A stretch of DNA of 64,000 nucleotides, taken from Eimeria praecox (lineage: Eukaryota). The DNA lies in NCBI GenBank assembly GCA_963920595.1, contig OY986946.1, positions 6,882,001 to 6,946,000 of the forward strand. The letters run 5' to 3'. Positions 17,474 to 44,923 of the stretch are shown piece by piece (within the stretch, counting starts at the first letter, position 1; each line of letters begins with the position of its first letter). The translations under genes and the position numbers were made by a program. The notes beneath the pieces are model-generated. The model did not search any database and was not told where the DNA came from. It was given only the letters and a program-made list of their open reading frames with translations.

Positions 17474-18898
17474 ACAGATAAATAAATAAAGTATGTATGC
17501 ATCGAGTGGTTGTAATAGAATACGTACTTGGGGCGTAAGATCGGGATTAAGATGAAAAGGAGAGAATTGTGTATGGAAGGCAGATTGTAAGCTAGCAACA
17601 GCAGCAGAAACAATTTTAAATGCTTCTTCTTGGTTATCTATCATCATGAGAGCTTCAGACAGAGCAAGAAGAGCATCAGGATGATGGGGATGACGGAGAC
17701 AGAACGATTTCAAATAATGAAGTTCATTACTAACAAGACAAGAGAAAAACTCAGGTAAAACGCGAAAATATTCTTCTGAATATACCAAATAAAAATCAAA
17801 ATGATTGGATAATTCGTCAAACTCCGCCTCCATTGATATCCAAGTCTGAGATGCCGGCTGTACGTACACCCCAGGAGACAGCCACAGACGGCGAGATCGA
17901 CGTACGCCTAAGACACACCATCAATCATATACATATACATATATATATATATATATATATACGTAGATAGATAGATATAGATATAGATATATAGGTATAG
18001 ATATAGATATATTTGAATAGAATATCGTATAGATGTGTTTTAATACAATATCAGATAGATGTTTTAAATGCAACATCAGATATTTACAATACAATTCTCT
18101 GAGATACAACATCCTACATAATTATTCTAATAGAACATAATATTCAAACAAATATTAGGAAATATAAACACAGAAATGTATAAATAAAAACAGAAAGAGG
18201 GATACAAAGACAGTCAAATATATATAGAGAAGTTGACAAATAAATAAAATAAGTAAATAATAAATAAATAAATAGATAAATAAATAAAGACAAACAATAA
18301 ACAACAAACGAAGGTAAACAGAAGAGAGGAAAACAACGACAGTCAAACAAATGCATGCATGCTAAGCAAACAGAAAGAGAAACAAACAGACAAAGCCAAA
18401 TACTTACAAAGATAAAATAACAAAGATAAACAAACAAAGATAAACAAACAAAGATAAACAAACAAAGATATACAAACAAAGATAAACAAACAAAGATAAA
18501 CAAACAGAGATAAACAAACAGAGATAAACAAACAAAGATAAACAAACAAAGATAAACAAACAGAGATAAACAAACAGAGATAAACAAACAAATATAAACA
18601 AACAAAGACAGACAAACAAATATAAACAAAGATAAACAGACAAACAAGACAAACAAACAAGCAAACAAACAAACAAACCAAGCAATCTAAATAAACAAAC
18701 AAAGTTATCTAAACCAACAAACACAGTAAAATCCTAGAAAGATGGGAAATAAGAAGATAACAAACTACCTCGCGTGAGCGCCGTTCTTGCAACTGCTCTC
18801 CCGCATATTCTTCTTATATCTGCCTCTATATCAAAAGCATTCCTCTCAAAATGAAGACATCTACGCCCTGTAGCTTCAGAAGGTGAGGCTTCTCCTCC

Positions 18899-18933
<35 letters not shown>

Positions 18934-19525
18934 ATTCTCCTGGGCCTTCATAAGAACCCTCAATATCAAAAACAGAGTCTGCATCTGTATCTGCTGCTGC
19001 TGCTGCTGCATCTGCTGCTGCTGCTGTATCTGCTGCTGCTGCAGTATCTGCTGCCGCTGCAGGTGAATGACGCTTGCGTCGATTTCTACTTCGCGTTTTC
19101 TTGCTTCTTTGGCTGCCTGATGGATCGTCAGGACGACCAGGTGTATGTACAGCTGAAGCCTGCTTGTCGTTCCTTTCGGAAACAGAAGAAGACGAAGAAG
19201 AAGAGGAAGAAGAAGAAGCAGAAGCAGCAGCAGCAGCACCAGCAGCAGAAGAAGAAGAAGCAGAAGAAGAAGGAGAAGGAGGAGAGGACTCAACTGCTGC
19301 GTTTTCTGTTTCTTCGTCTTCGTCGGAGCTCATTAGCTCAGTCGTAGCTGCTTGGAGGAAAACAGATTTTGCCTGTGTTTGTATATTGTCTTCTGAAGAT
19401 ATTGAAGATGAATCCTCTTCTGAAGCATCTAAGAGAGGATTTAAATACGACTTTCTACCTTTCTTATCATCTGCGCCTTCTCCTCTCTGCAACGCCGCCG
19501 CCCGGCGGAGGTGGCGAAGCGACAT
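13771..19525 (-). CDS. TCF25: TCF25/Rqc1 ribosome quality-control factor, about 9 exons
   Basis: Exons 19525-18769, 17907-17528, 16787-16316, 15969-15769, 15623-15542, 15366-15233, 15004-14663, 14129-14010, 13802-13771 with consistent phases. Motifs [80 protein letters not shown]. The last two exons are less certain; an alternative stop lies at 14649. Confidence 0.85.
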
Positions 19526-20069
19526 TTTCTCAGGTCATTAAATTCAATATCTCTCTCTGAAGCATAATTTCAAAAGTAGAAACAGAAGAAGAAATCAAAT
19601 TCAAACAAATATTTACTTTTTCGTCGACAAACATTTCTATAGACAGCTGCCGACGACTCGAATGCATGCATGTCGGCGGTCGCTCTGAAATTTCAAGCCC
19701 CAAACTCTTCAGCTTTTCGTTGCATTTGTTCATTATTATCGATAAATTATTATTTATTTATATTTAGGAAACAAATTATAATACAATTTAAACGAAGATT
19801 CTACTTTGTCTTCTCTCTTTCAGCCCTCCATGCAGCCAAACTCCTACAGCATCATCCTAACCCCTGTGCCGCCTCTTCTCGTGTGAGTCAAAGAGAGAAG
19901 CTGCAGAGAAACACCAAAGAAATTTCAGACAAAAAAAGAAAAACTTGAAGATAAAACAACAAAACGACATCAACAACACCTGCATTTACTCCTTCTATAT
20001 CCCCCAGGTGTACGTACATACAACCATGGCGGTCCGTCCTCTCTCCATCAGAACTAATCTTTTATTAAA
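19526..20069. promoter_or_regulatory. Candidate bidirectional promoter (TCF25 / TraB-like) containing TGCATGCATG
   Basis: 544 bp between divergent ATGs. TGCATGCA at about 19663 and a GGTGTACGTACA motif at about 20007. Confidence 0.45.
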
Positions 20070-21276
20070 ATGATCCGCAGAGCGATCTTCAATCCGGCAC
20101 AGCCAATCGTGGGGTGTATATCCACCTGCCGCATTTCCACCGTTCGATATACCCGCGGAAGAAGCTGTTACAATGCTGCTGTCGAACCAGCATCCTTATC
20201 ATCATCAGCAGCAACAGCAGCAACAGCAACGGCTGCAACAACAGCAGCTGCTGCTGTTTCCCCCCTCCCCATGAGCTGGTTGAGTAGATTGAAGAGTTGC
20301 AGTCATTATACATCTGCCTCGCATATCCTCCCTAGCATCGCTGGTTTGCCCCATCCGCGGTGTATGTACACCCCATCGTGTGAAGGGCAACGCCTTCAAT
20401 CTTTCAACAACCTTCGCGATTTTTTGAGTATATCTTTGAAAGGAGATGTTATCTTATCAAATCCTTTAGCACGTTGGGGTGTACATACAGGTGTACGGTG
20501 TTTTGCTTCTATATCACATGCGGGCTCAGGTCTAGCTAAGATATCTGGGGATGGCTTTTCAGCTTATCATGTAGTTATAAGATGGATGGATCGTAAGATA
20601 TCTTTTTTTATTTGTGGTGTAGATCCTGAAGGTGTAATAAGTAGAGGCCCTGGTTCTTGTCTTTCAGGTGTATGTGCAGCTAAGACATTACACCCGGATT
20701 TGGTGTTTGTTGGCTTGGGGTATTTAGACAGAGAGAAGATCTTTCAAACATTTTCTGTTGATAAGCTACTTCGTTCTCGAGAATCTGAGCCTCCTGAAGT
20801 TGTATTAAAACGTGATAATGGGCAGTTCATACCTCTCTTACAATATTTGCTGCTGTCAGATATATGTTATTATCTTATAGGGAGAGATCGCCTCATAGAA
20901 ATGGGGGCTCTGGGCCGTGAGCTTCTATGGAAACCTGTAGAATTATATTCTTTGTTCTTTGGATTATTTAGGAAACACAAACAAAGAGAAAAACTTAGTC
21001 CTTCTCTTCATAAAGTTCTTGCTGAAGATAGCTCGAGATATTGCTGTCTTAAGATACATCAACTCCTCTTCTCCTGGTTTGCTAAAGCTGCAGATACACC
21101 TCAACCTGAATGCCAAGTAAGTCTTTTATATCTTATTATTATTATTATGTTTACTATTATTATTATTATTACTTTTATTAAACAACATCTGTCAGCAGCA
21201 GCATGGAGTTGTAGAGTTCGGCATTAAGTTGTCTTTTCTGTATTTGTCTCTCATATCTTATCATCACCATCACCAT

Positions 21277-21311
<35 letters not shown>

Positions 21312-22100
21312 GCAGCAGCATGGTTTGTTAATGTTGTTTGTTGTATTTAGTTGTATTTGTTTTTCTTGTTATATTTTCAGGGATTTAACGAACAGACATT
21401 CTTGAAAAGATGGACAGTAGGAAGGAGCGAAAGTGAATGTGCTTTGATTAGAAGAGCAGCAGAATTAGAAAAATCTAAGCCACATTTACCTGAGAGACTT
21501 CTTAGAAAACAAAATCTTCGGATACTTGTTGTTTGTGATGGAGCTATGCAACAAAGATTAGCTGAGAGGATTAGTACAGAGTTGAACGACTTACAGATAA
21601 AGAAGCCTCTCTATGAAGAAATCAAACAACTCCAAGATACAAGTTCCACAAGATTTCATTTATGTTTAATTATTTATTTCGGACTTCCTCTTGTTACACT
21701 TTGTCGTTTCCTATGGAAGAAAGCCAAGAAAGCGTATCTAAAATATGCTGTCGTCGGTAAGTCATTCGTGCCTGATCCTCAAGGTATTTGAACTCTATTT
21801 GAAAAATCTCTTGGACAGTTCGAAATATTTTGTTTTTATGAATTGTTTAAACACCATTTTATCTGTTGTTTCCATCTTTTTCGCTTGTCATGTCATCTTT
21901 GCCGGCTACTTGCAGGAACCACCGTGACGGTTAGTGGCGACGAAGTTTTGGCGCGTTTGAGAGGCGAGACAGAAGAATATGAAACAGAAGGAGAAGAGGG
22001 AAAAACAAATGCGAAAAAAGCAGAAAAACCCAAGCTAGAAATCGTAGAATCGAAATGGCTGGGTCTGAAACACACCGTCCGAAATCCTTCAAGAGATTAG
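20070..22100 (+). CDS. TraB/TRABD-like protein with degenerate metal motifs, a basic N-terminal presequence-like region and a C-terminal TM helix; 3 exons
   Basis: Exons 20070-21116, 21381-21756, 21916-22100. PDLVFVGL..R, LIGRDR, PSLHKVLAEDSSRY and ILVVCDGAMQQRL follow the order of TraB motifs. TM segment FHLCLIIYFGLPLVTLCRFLW. The gene model is solid; the family call is tentative. Confidence 0.55.
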
Positions 22101-22918
22101 AGCTGTACATACACCTCAGCAAACACAAGTTATCTGAAATAGTTTTCAGATTTTTTCACAATACGCAGCTTAAAACCCTAGAATCTGTCTGTCTGTTAGC
22201 TATTTGGACAGACAATTATTATGAATTTCTTGTTTCTGTAAAAGCTTAGAACAAATCAAAGGATTTTAATGTCTGGCGACTGCGAAAATGCAGATAATAA
22301 CAGCAGAGAATTCCCTCTGGTCTGTACGCTGTTTACAGTTTACACAGAAAAAGAACAACATGAGGTTTTATTTTAATGCTAGTTCTGCGGTCTAACCCTC
22401 TGTTTGTTGTATCTTTTCCTTTTTCATTTGAAGGCCAAAAGAGCCGAAGGGATATTCATCTTCATGCATTTGCAGCTTTCGTGAGAGGGGAAGGAAGGGG
22501 GGGGGAGAGGGAGGAGTTTAAGTTTTTAATTTAATTGTAGTTTAAGTTTTTAATTTAGTTGTTGTAGACTCTGAATCTGTTTACTGTTTAACGAGAAAAA
22601 GAAAGAAAGAAAATGCGGTCCCTTGAAGAATTGTTGCTAACGTATTCTTACACTCCGAATTAACAACCTTAAACCCTAAACCCTAAACCCTGGAAAAACC
22701 TGCAAATTTGCAGCTTTAGGGTTTAGGGTTTGGGGTTGGGTACGATGGTTGCTGCAAGACCATCGTATACATATCTGTCTGTACAAAAGGCATTATTATA
22801 ATTATTAAGATAATAATTATAATAATATAATTAGTATTAATGATACTTATATTATTATTTATCTTCGAGACTTTGTCTCTAAATGCTTGTCTTGTTAACA
22901 CATCATAGAACGATCGTC

Positions 22919-23007
22919 TCAGTGTTTCTCTGTCTCGTGATGCTCGTCAGGCAAGGGCTCCGAGAGGTGAACCTAAATACAAAAAACAGCAGCAGCAGCA
23001 GCAGCGA

Positions 23008-23039
<32 letters not shown>

Positions 23040-23494
23040 ACAGCAGCAGCAGCAACAGCAGCAGCATGAATTTCATGTGTGCGTTTTCCATGCCTTCTGC
23101 ATATATTTTACCCTTAGTCTTTACAGAACACATTTATATTTATTTTTTCATATTGTTTTAATTTAATTAATTAATTAACAAATTAATTATAAATTTAGTT
23201 TATTATTCGGGTGTATATATACAGGTGTTTACCTCTAGAGTTCCAGGTGTAGAAACTCTATTAAATTGTCTGAATACGAATGGGAATTGAACTCCTGTGT
23301 AAGAATTAATAATATAATTTTCTTTAAGTTTAAATAAAAAATCTTTAATCTCATTTAAACTAAATGGATGATCTAAGCCTCTATAGAAATATCGAGCTTC
23401 CAATGTCATCAAACATATCTTCAAAGACGGACGCTTCCCGGGGTTGTGAAAAGCAGATAAAACACGAAACTTCGCTGAAATACACACAGAGACA

Positions 23495-23575
<81 letters not shown>

Positions 23576-25069
23576 GACATAGATATAGATATAGATATAG
23601 ATATAGATACAGATATAGATATAGATACAGATATATGGATAGATATATGTCATTATATTACATCTATGAGTTGCTGCCTCAGTACAGCCCGAGTGTAGCA
23701 AGAATATTTAAACAAAATAAGAAATAACAAACAAAAAATTAAAAAAATTAATATAAGTGTGAAAAGAAAACTCACGAGAGTTCAGCCAATAACGATCCAA
23801 ACGTTCCTTAGGGGGAGGATCTGCAGATAAATAATAATAAATGATAGATAATAAATAAATAATAATAAATAAATTAAATAAATAAAGTGCGATAATATTT
23901 TTACCAAAGAATAATAATAACAGTAATAACTGTACGAATGAAAACAATAGCAATAGCAATAATAATAGCATAATAATAACAGTAATAATAATAATAATAA
24001 TAACAATAACAATAATAACAATAATAATAATAATAGCAATAAAAATAGTAGCAATAATAATAAAGGCAATAACAATTAAAAGGGATAGTACAAAGGACAA
24101 GGATAAATAATAATTACTATGCTAAGAACGCCACTAATATAAACAGCAATAACAATAAAACAAATAATAACGACATAATAATAATTATTATCCTTATTAA
24201 TAAATAAAAATAAAGAATATAATCAAAATAAATAAAAACAAAATAATAATAGTGGGACTATTAATAATAATGATACCACCAACAACAACGGCAAGAACAA
24301 CAACAAAAACAGCAATAAGGATGGCAAAGATAACAATAATAATAATTACAACAACAATAATAATAGAAACAATATAAATGACAAAGGTAGCAGAAAATAA
24401 AGATATTAATAATAACTAATTATTAATTAATTAATATTATTATTTTCTGTGCTGTCTTTGCTTTAACAACATACAAGAAATCCTTGATATGTACGCTCAT
24501 CTAATAACAGTAAGAAAGAGAAGATAAGAAGAAAAGTAAGAACGTGTTATGATTGTTATAAATAATAATAAATAATACTAATTAAATAAGAGAATGTAAA
24601 GAAAAGATAGATGCATGGATTCGTTCTCTAGAATCAACAAGAATAAAAACAACACCATCAATAAATAATAATAGTAATAAAGATAATAAATATAGGAGAT
24701 ATATAAAAAGGCTAAACTCGATTAAAAATAATAAAAAAACAATTTAATAGATTAAATATCCCTCCTACCTAATATACGACTCCACCAAAGAAAAGCTGCA
24801 AAAGATGCTGCAGATGTCCAGGCATTTCCAAAGAAGAAAAATGATCTGTTAGCAAATTGAGCTTCCCAGTACTGTCTCCAGAGAGGCTGACGAAGGTAGT
24901 TTGGGGGGTCGATTACCCATCTAGGTTTTATAATCTCATTAAATTTAATATTTCTACTTAGAGGAATAGGAGCACCTCCTCCTCCTCCTGAAGAAGAAGA
25001 AGATTTGCTACTAAATAAGATATTTGAACGAGATAATACATTCAAACGAATTGAAGAAGAAACGAACAT
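22919..25069 (-). CDS. Conserved apicomplexan mitochondrial single-TM protein, probably cytochrome c oxidase subunit ApiCox26/NDUFA4-like; 4 exons
   Basis: Exons 25069-24769, 23820-23776, 23474-23233, 22972-22919. Ser/Arg-rich presequence, then [69 protein letters not shown]. Exact subunit identity is from memory. Confidence 0.6.
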
Positions 25070-25690
25070 CGTACACACAATGCTGGTCCTCCTATTCTTG
25101 TTGATGTCGCTTTGGCTGCTGCTGCTGTTGTTGCTGCTGCTGCTGTTGCTGCTGCTGCGGTTGGTGTTGCTGCTAGGAGGTGTGAAGGCACATCAGGAGA
25201 GAGGGAAAAAGAAAGAAAAAGAACTTGAAAACGCCCTGAAGGAGAGAAAGAAGGCAAAAGAGGTTCAGAGAGTAAAGAGGAGGAAACAAAAAAAGACAGC
25301 TGACGACGCAAAAACACGAAATATGATATATAAACCCCTTAAGGGTTTATTTTTATTCTTTTTAAGAGTTCCTTTTTTCTTTTCTTTCTGTCTTTTATAA
25401 TAAATTAGCACTTATTTTAGTCATATTACAGTCTAAACGCACACATGCAATTATCCTCCTGTTTCCACTCACGGGCTTCTCTCTTACACACGGGGCTCTC
25501 GGGCGCATCCTCTTCATCCCCCGCCGGAGGAGGCAGCAGGAAGGGGCAGATGGGATGAATCGATGAAGATTCTGCTTGTCAAAACAATAAATTGCGAGAA
25601 AAACGAACGATTTAATCTAACATTCGTGATCACTCAGCTTTCCTTCACCGTCCTACTGCTGTTCTTCAGCTGTACGTACACTCCACGAAA

Positions 25691-26460
25691 ATGCCGCTCT
25701 GCCAGATTATTTGCAACAAGGACTTCGACAAGTCCACTGCTGATGCTTTCCTCGTCGAGGTAGAAAAAGGTAAATTATGGGCTTAAATAAACCCTTTTGC
25801 AAACATTTAACAGATGCATCCATTTATTTTGCTGTTATTCTCTTCCTACCTGCGATATTCTCGGGTTTCTCCCTGCGATCAGCTCTGTGGGGGCGTAGAT
25901 TGATATCGGCCTTGGCGTGCTGATAAGGCGATTTCATGTGTATATTTGTGGAGATCTTTGTATAAATATGCATGAATTTTCTGTATTTTCTTTGTTTTTT
26001 GCTTCAGCCCTTAGCAAGATCCTCGGCAAGCCAGTCCAGTATATCAACGTCAGCCTCGTACGAGGGGAGATGCGCCATGCAGGCAGCAACGACCCTGCAG
26101 CTAGCGTTTGCGTTAGCTCCATTGGCAATATAACAACAAGAACAAACAATTTAATTTGTGTTGAAATCGCCACTTTCTGCAACAAGTTCTTGGGAATTGA
26201 CGTAGAGCGCGTGTAAGTGATCTGTTCTTCTTCTACATGTTTATGATTACTTCTTTCAGATATAGAAACAGAGAATAAATAGAAAAAAGTAGAAAATAAA
26301 GGGAATTGATGAAGCAATTATCCCTTACGACTGCTTCTCCTCCTTCTTATACGCGTTCTTACCTCTTCATATTTTGTTTTCTTTCTTTTCTCTCAGGTTC
26401 TTCTGCTTCGACGATGTCTCTGCATCAAACGTAGGAATTGGCACGCGCGTATTTGGTTAA
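25691..26460 (+). CDS. MIF: Macrophage migration inhibitory factor (tautomerase family), 115 aa, 3 exons
   Basis: Exons 25691-25769, 26008-26212, 26397-26460: MPLCQIICN..LSKILGKPVQYI..GSNDPAA..SIG..LGIDVERVFFCFDDVSASNVGIGTRVFG*. Catalytic N-terminal Pro, GKP and SIG motifs present. Confidence 0.95.
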
Positions 26461-27263
26461 GAGCGAGGAGGCCTCGAGAAACAAGAAGATATAATCGTAC
26501 AGTTAAATAATATATATTATGTCTTCGTTTTGTTTGTTTGTTCTTAATAAACAATGTTTGATTTTCTGCAAACATGTAGAAAAAACCCCTGAGGTCTAGA
26601 CAGTAGGGGGGCGGGTTGTTTGGTTTATTTTCAGTTTTTCATATATTATTATTTATTGTTATTATTTATTGTTGTTAATTATTTATTGTCTATTATTTAT
26701 TTATTTCTGTCTTATGTACGCAATTCGAGTCGAATTGCCGTTTGGCCGACGTTGTCGTTTGCTTAAACAGAAAACAGAAAAATAAAACAATGAATATCGA
26801 AATAATATTTAGTTGTTACTTACTTCCACACTTTCAGGTGTATGCACACCTGGGCTGTAGCGATCCAACGGATATAGTAATACAGAAACAAACAAACAAA
26901 AGCAAAATACTTAGAGATTAAGACAGCTGTATTTTCATTAGCAATAAATAAATAAAACTGATTTAGTTGCCTTCGCAGTTTTTCAAAAAATACATAGGTG
27001 ACAGCTGCATATACACCCGAAAGTTTCTTTGGTTTGTCAGAAGCTAAGGATTAGGGGTTTACGGATAACAGTAGAAGTAGTCTCTCTCATATATATATCT
27101 ATCTATATATAGATATAGATAGATAGATAGGTAGATAGGTAGTTAGATATAGATGTATAATGTTTATTTGTTTGTGTACTTATACCAGCTATAAGTTAAT
27201 TAGTAAAAGTAGATATTCTAAGTCGAGTTATCCAGTAGGCCCAGAGCCAAAGAAAGTAAGAAA

Positions 27264-27312
<49 letters not shown>

Positions 27313-27658
27313 GTATAATTACAGAATAAAAAGAAGTTTAAAAAGAAAGAAAAGCATGAAGTAATAGCGCCAAAGGAAGATAGAAGGATAAATGCAAATC
27401 CGCAGACAGCTTTGAAGGAGAGAAGAAATAGACAGATATCATCTAAACCCTAAACCCTAAGTAGTTCTTCTATAGATATCTTCATAGCTGTGTTTGCCTC
27501 TTTTGTTTGTTTCTTTGTTTTGTTTTATCTTCTTTTTATGTTTTATTTATTTTATTTTTTAAATTTTTTATTTTATTCTATCGTTTTGCTCTTCCTCTTC
27601 GCCGCTGCGAAACACCAGAGGGGCCGACGATAATACAGTGCAGCTCAGCAGCTTTAGC

Positions 27659-27689
<31 letters not shown>

Positions 27690-27901
27690 ATTGCTGCTGC
27701 TGTTGTTGTTGTTGCTGCTGCTGCTGTTTCTGCTGCTGCAGCAGCGAGCTAACGCCTTCGTCGTGTGTTGCCCCTAACAAAATATAATTATTTTAAGAAT
27801 GATGTGTCTTCTCCAGCATCACCGTCTTAATTATATAACTAAACAATTAAAAAATAATTTATATTCTATTAATAAATAATTATATTCATATATTGTTGTT
27901 A

Positions 27902-40674
<12,773 letters not shown>

Positions 40675-41042
40675 TGTATGTATTTTCGGGTGTACGTACA
40701 GCTGAGAATGTAGAAAAGAAGAAAGTAGGGAATAATAAGATAAATATATAATTAAAATATAAAATATAAATTAATAAATATATAAAAATAGTTTTTTAAA
40801 TGAGACAAACATCTAGACAACAATATATAATATCATAATATATTATAAACTCTCGCACATTAACATTCAGGTGTATATACACCCCGACACCAATGATAAA
40901 TTAGAGTGTATTGAGACCTTCAAACACCATAATTTTTATTCTTTATTTTAATTTAATAAAAAGAAAACAAATTAACAAACAATATATACAAACAGACACA
41001 CAAATACAACCGCGGGGGCCCCGCTGCGAGTCTCTCTGCTGC

Positions 41043-41126
<84 letters not shown>

Positions 41127-41622
41127 TGCTGCTGTTGCTGCTGCAGCAGACTAGAAACAGCAGCAGCAATAAACAGCGTTTGCTGCTGTTTGAGTTTCTT
41201 GTTTTTGTTTTAATGATTGTTTTAAACATTTATGAATTCATTAATTTATTTTATATACTTAAATTACAATTATACCAACATCAACAACAACCTGCTGCTG
41301 CTGCTGCTGCTGCTGCTGCAGCAGCAGCAGCAGCAGCTCACGAGCAGCAGCAGCAAACGAGCAGCAGCAGCAGCAGCAGCAGTAGCAGCCAGCCCTTATA
41401 CGAATATGCTGTTGTTATCTTTACAACAATATAAATAAATAAATAAATATATATATATATATTAAAATAATTTTATTTATTTATTTTATTTTGTTTGTCT
41501 TCTAAATAACTATCTATCTATCTCTTCTATTTCTATTACCTCCGCCGCCTTCGTGTCTTTGTTTATTATATTATAAACACTATAAATAATTCTATTTATT
41601 GTAAATATTACAGATATATTAT

Positions 41623-41667
<45 letters not shown>

Positions 41668-41833
41668 TTAATTATATTATATATATTATATATGTATATA
41701 TATATATTATGTTTCTTTTATTTTATTTATAGGATTATATTGTTTGTCTTTACATTTATATGCTTGTATTTTGTTTTATTATTTTTATTTTTAGTTTATT
41801 TATTTATTTATTTATTTATCTATCCATTTGTTA

Positions 41834-41865
<32 letters not shown>

Positions 41866-42181
41866 GTCTATCTATATATCTATTTATTTATTTAATTATT
41901 TATTTTATTTATTTATTTATTATTTATTACTTATTATTTATTGTTTATTTGCGTTTGTTTGAATGCGAGTTAATTAGAAACATGTTCGCTCTTCTTTTGT
42001 TTTATTTAATTATTTATTTTATTTATTTATTTAATTATTTGTTTTATTTATTTATTTTATTTGTTTATTTATTTATTTTATTTGTGTTATTTAATTATTT
42101 GTTTTATTTATTTATTTAATTTATTTGCTTTGTTTATTTGTTTCTATTTGTTTGTTTGTTTGTTTTTATTTGTATTTGCAT

Positions 42182-42395
42182 TTAAATTAAATAATTAAAT
42201 TAAATTAAATAATTAAATTAAATTAAATAATTAAATTAAATTAAATAATTAAATTAAATTAAATAATTAAATTAAATTAAATAATTAAATTAAATTAAAT
42301 AATTAAATTAAATTAAATAATTAAATTAAATTAAATATTTAAATTAAATTAAATAATTAAATTAAATTAAATAATTAAATTAAATTAAATAATTA
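42182..42395. repeat. Tandem 18-bp A/T-only minisatellite (TTAAATAATTAAATTAAA)n within a gene-poor AT-rich block
   Basis: About 11 near-perfect units read directly. Confidence 0.85.
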
Positions 42396-44245
42396 ATTAA
42401 ATTAGATAAATAAAATAAAATAATTATGTGTTTCTTCTCTGTCTTTCTCTAGCTTTTGTTGTTGTAAGAGTTATATAAAACACAAACAAAAAATTAATAT
42501 TTTAATAATAATTATATTATTATTATATCATTACTATCATTATATCATTATTATTATATTAATATTATATTAATACTATTATTATATTAATATTATTATT
42601 ATGTTTATTAATATTATTACTATTATTCATTATCATTACTATTATTATTATTATTACTATTATTATTATTATTATTATTTCTACTATCATTATTACTATT
42701 ATCATCATTACTATTACTATTATTATTATTGTTAATAATATTATTATTATTATTAATATTATTATTATTAGTATTATTATTAATATTATTAATAATAATA
42801 ATAATAATATTATTATTAATATTGTTATTATTTATATTGTTTTTATTATTATAAAATTTATTTCTTTCTTTTCGTATATAAACAACAAACCAGAGTCGTC
42901 ATCAGATGTTTTAATAATTATTTTTTATTTTATTTTGTTTATTTATTATACTTTCTTTATTTTTATACCTTGTTTATTTCTTGTAAGCTATTTATTTATT
43001 TATTTATTTATTATTTTATTATTTATTTATTTATTTATTTATTATATTTTGTTTATTACTTTCTCTGTATAATTATTTTGTTTGTTTTAAATTTATTAAA
43101 TATTTTCGTATAAATACAAATTTCTAAATTTATTTATTATTTGCTTTTGTTTATTACTTATGTTTATTTATTATTTGTTTTTGTATTATTTATAATAATT
43201 AATTATTTATATTTGTTTGTTGTTTGTATTTGTTTATTATTTATATTTGTTTATTATTTATATTTGTTTATTATTTATATTTGTTTATTATTTATATTTG
43301 TTTATTATTTATATTTACTAATTTATTGTATTTGTCTTCATAATTATTTATATTTATTAATTATTTATATTTATTAATTACTTATATTTATAAATTATTT
43401 ATATTTATTAATTATTTGTATTTTTTAATTATGTATATTTATTAATTATTTATATTTATTAATTACTTATATTTATAAATTATGTATATTTATAAATTAT
43501 TTATACTTATTAATTATTTATATTTATTAATTATTTATATTTATAAATTATTTATATTTATTAATTATTTATATTTATTAATTGTTTATATTTATTAATT
43601 ATTTATATTTATTAATTTTTGTTTTATATACAAATAAGATAAACCTTAAAGCAGAGCACGCGGTGTGTGTACACCTCAACTATATTTCTGTTACGAATGA
43701 TTTGGCTCTAAGTTTATTTATTTTGTTGTTTATTTATTTTATGTTTATATATTTTAATTTATTTTAATTTAATTTTTATTTTAAATTTGTTTTGTTTCTC
43801 TATCTTTACATATATGTAACTTTGCTGTAGACAGCTGAGCTGCCTATACACCGTAGATTTTATTTATTTTAAATTATTTTATTTATTTTTAATTAATTTT
43901 AATTAATTAATTTAAAATTAATATGAATAGATAGACAAACCTTCTTTATTATCTTCTTCTTATCGTATTATATATATATTAATTATTAATAATAATAATT
44001 AATACTTCTACTTATTATAATTATTAATTTATTATTACTTTAGAATATTTATAAATAAGAAACAAATAAATATTTAAATAAAAATAAAAAAGAACGAATC
44101 AGTATTTTATTTTATTCTCTGTCTTCTTTGTTTTTTATTTGAATTTAACTTTTCTTAATTTTGATTTGACTATTTTGTTTTTATTTTGTTTTTTAATTTA
44201 AATTTATTTATTCTTATTTCTTGTGTATTTCTCATTCTATTTGTA

Positions 44246-44309
<64 letters not shown>

Positions 44310-44328
44310 CAAATAGAAAGAGAAAGAG

Positions 44329-44388
<60 letters not shown>

Positions 44389-44880
44389 CATATATATATA
44401 TGCATATATATATATATATATGTCTTTGTTCTTCTATAATTACTTTCTCTCTCTCTCTCTTTCTCTGTTTGTATATTAGCGCTGCATGTGATAGAGTTTA
44501 ATATTTATAATTACTATGACTGTTTGTTTTATATTATATTATATTATATTATATTTATACTTCTATTTGTTTTATTTTATTATATTTATAATTTTATTTA
44601 GTTTAATTATTATTGTCTTCTCTTATCTTTTATACAAATACACCTCACGGTGTACATGCAGCTTTTATAATAAGTAGTTTTAATAATTGTAAAGTATAAA
44701 CAAATAAATAATAATATAAATAATAATAACTAATAATAAATAATAATAATAATTATTATTATTATTTATTATTATTATTGTTATTATACAGACTTAGAGA
44801 AGACAGCTGCATGCGAGTCTCTTAACCTGCCAGTTGCTGCTCCTGCTGCTGTTGCTGCTGCTGCTGTTGCTGCTGCTGCT

Positions 44881-44923
<43 letters not shown>

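Noticed and set aside
41440..44780. Centromere-like AT-rich block
   Set aside because: Composition resembles AT-rich introns elsewhere in the window; no sequence feature supports a centromere.
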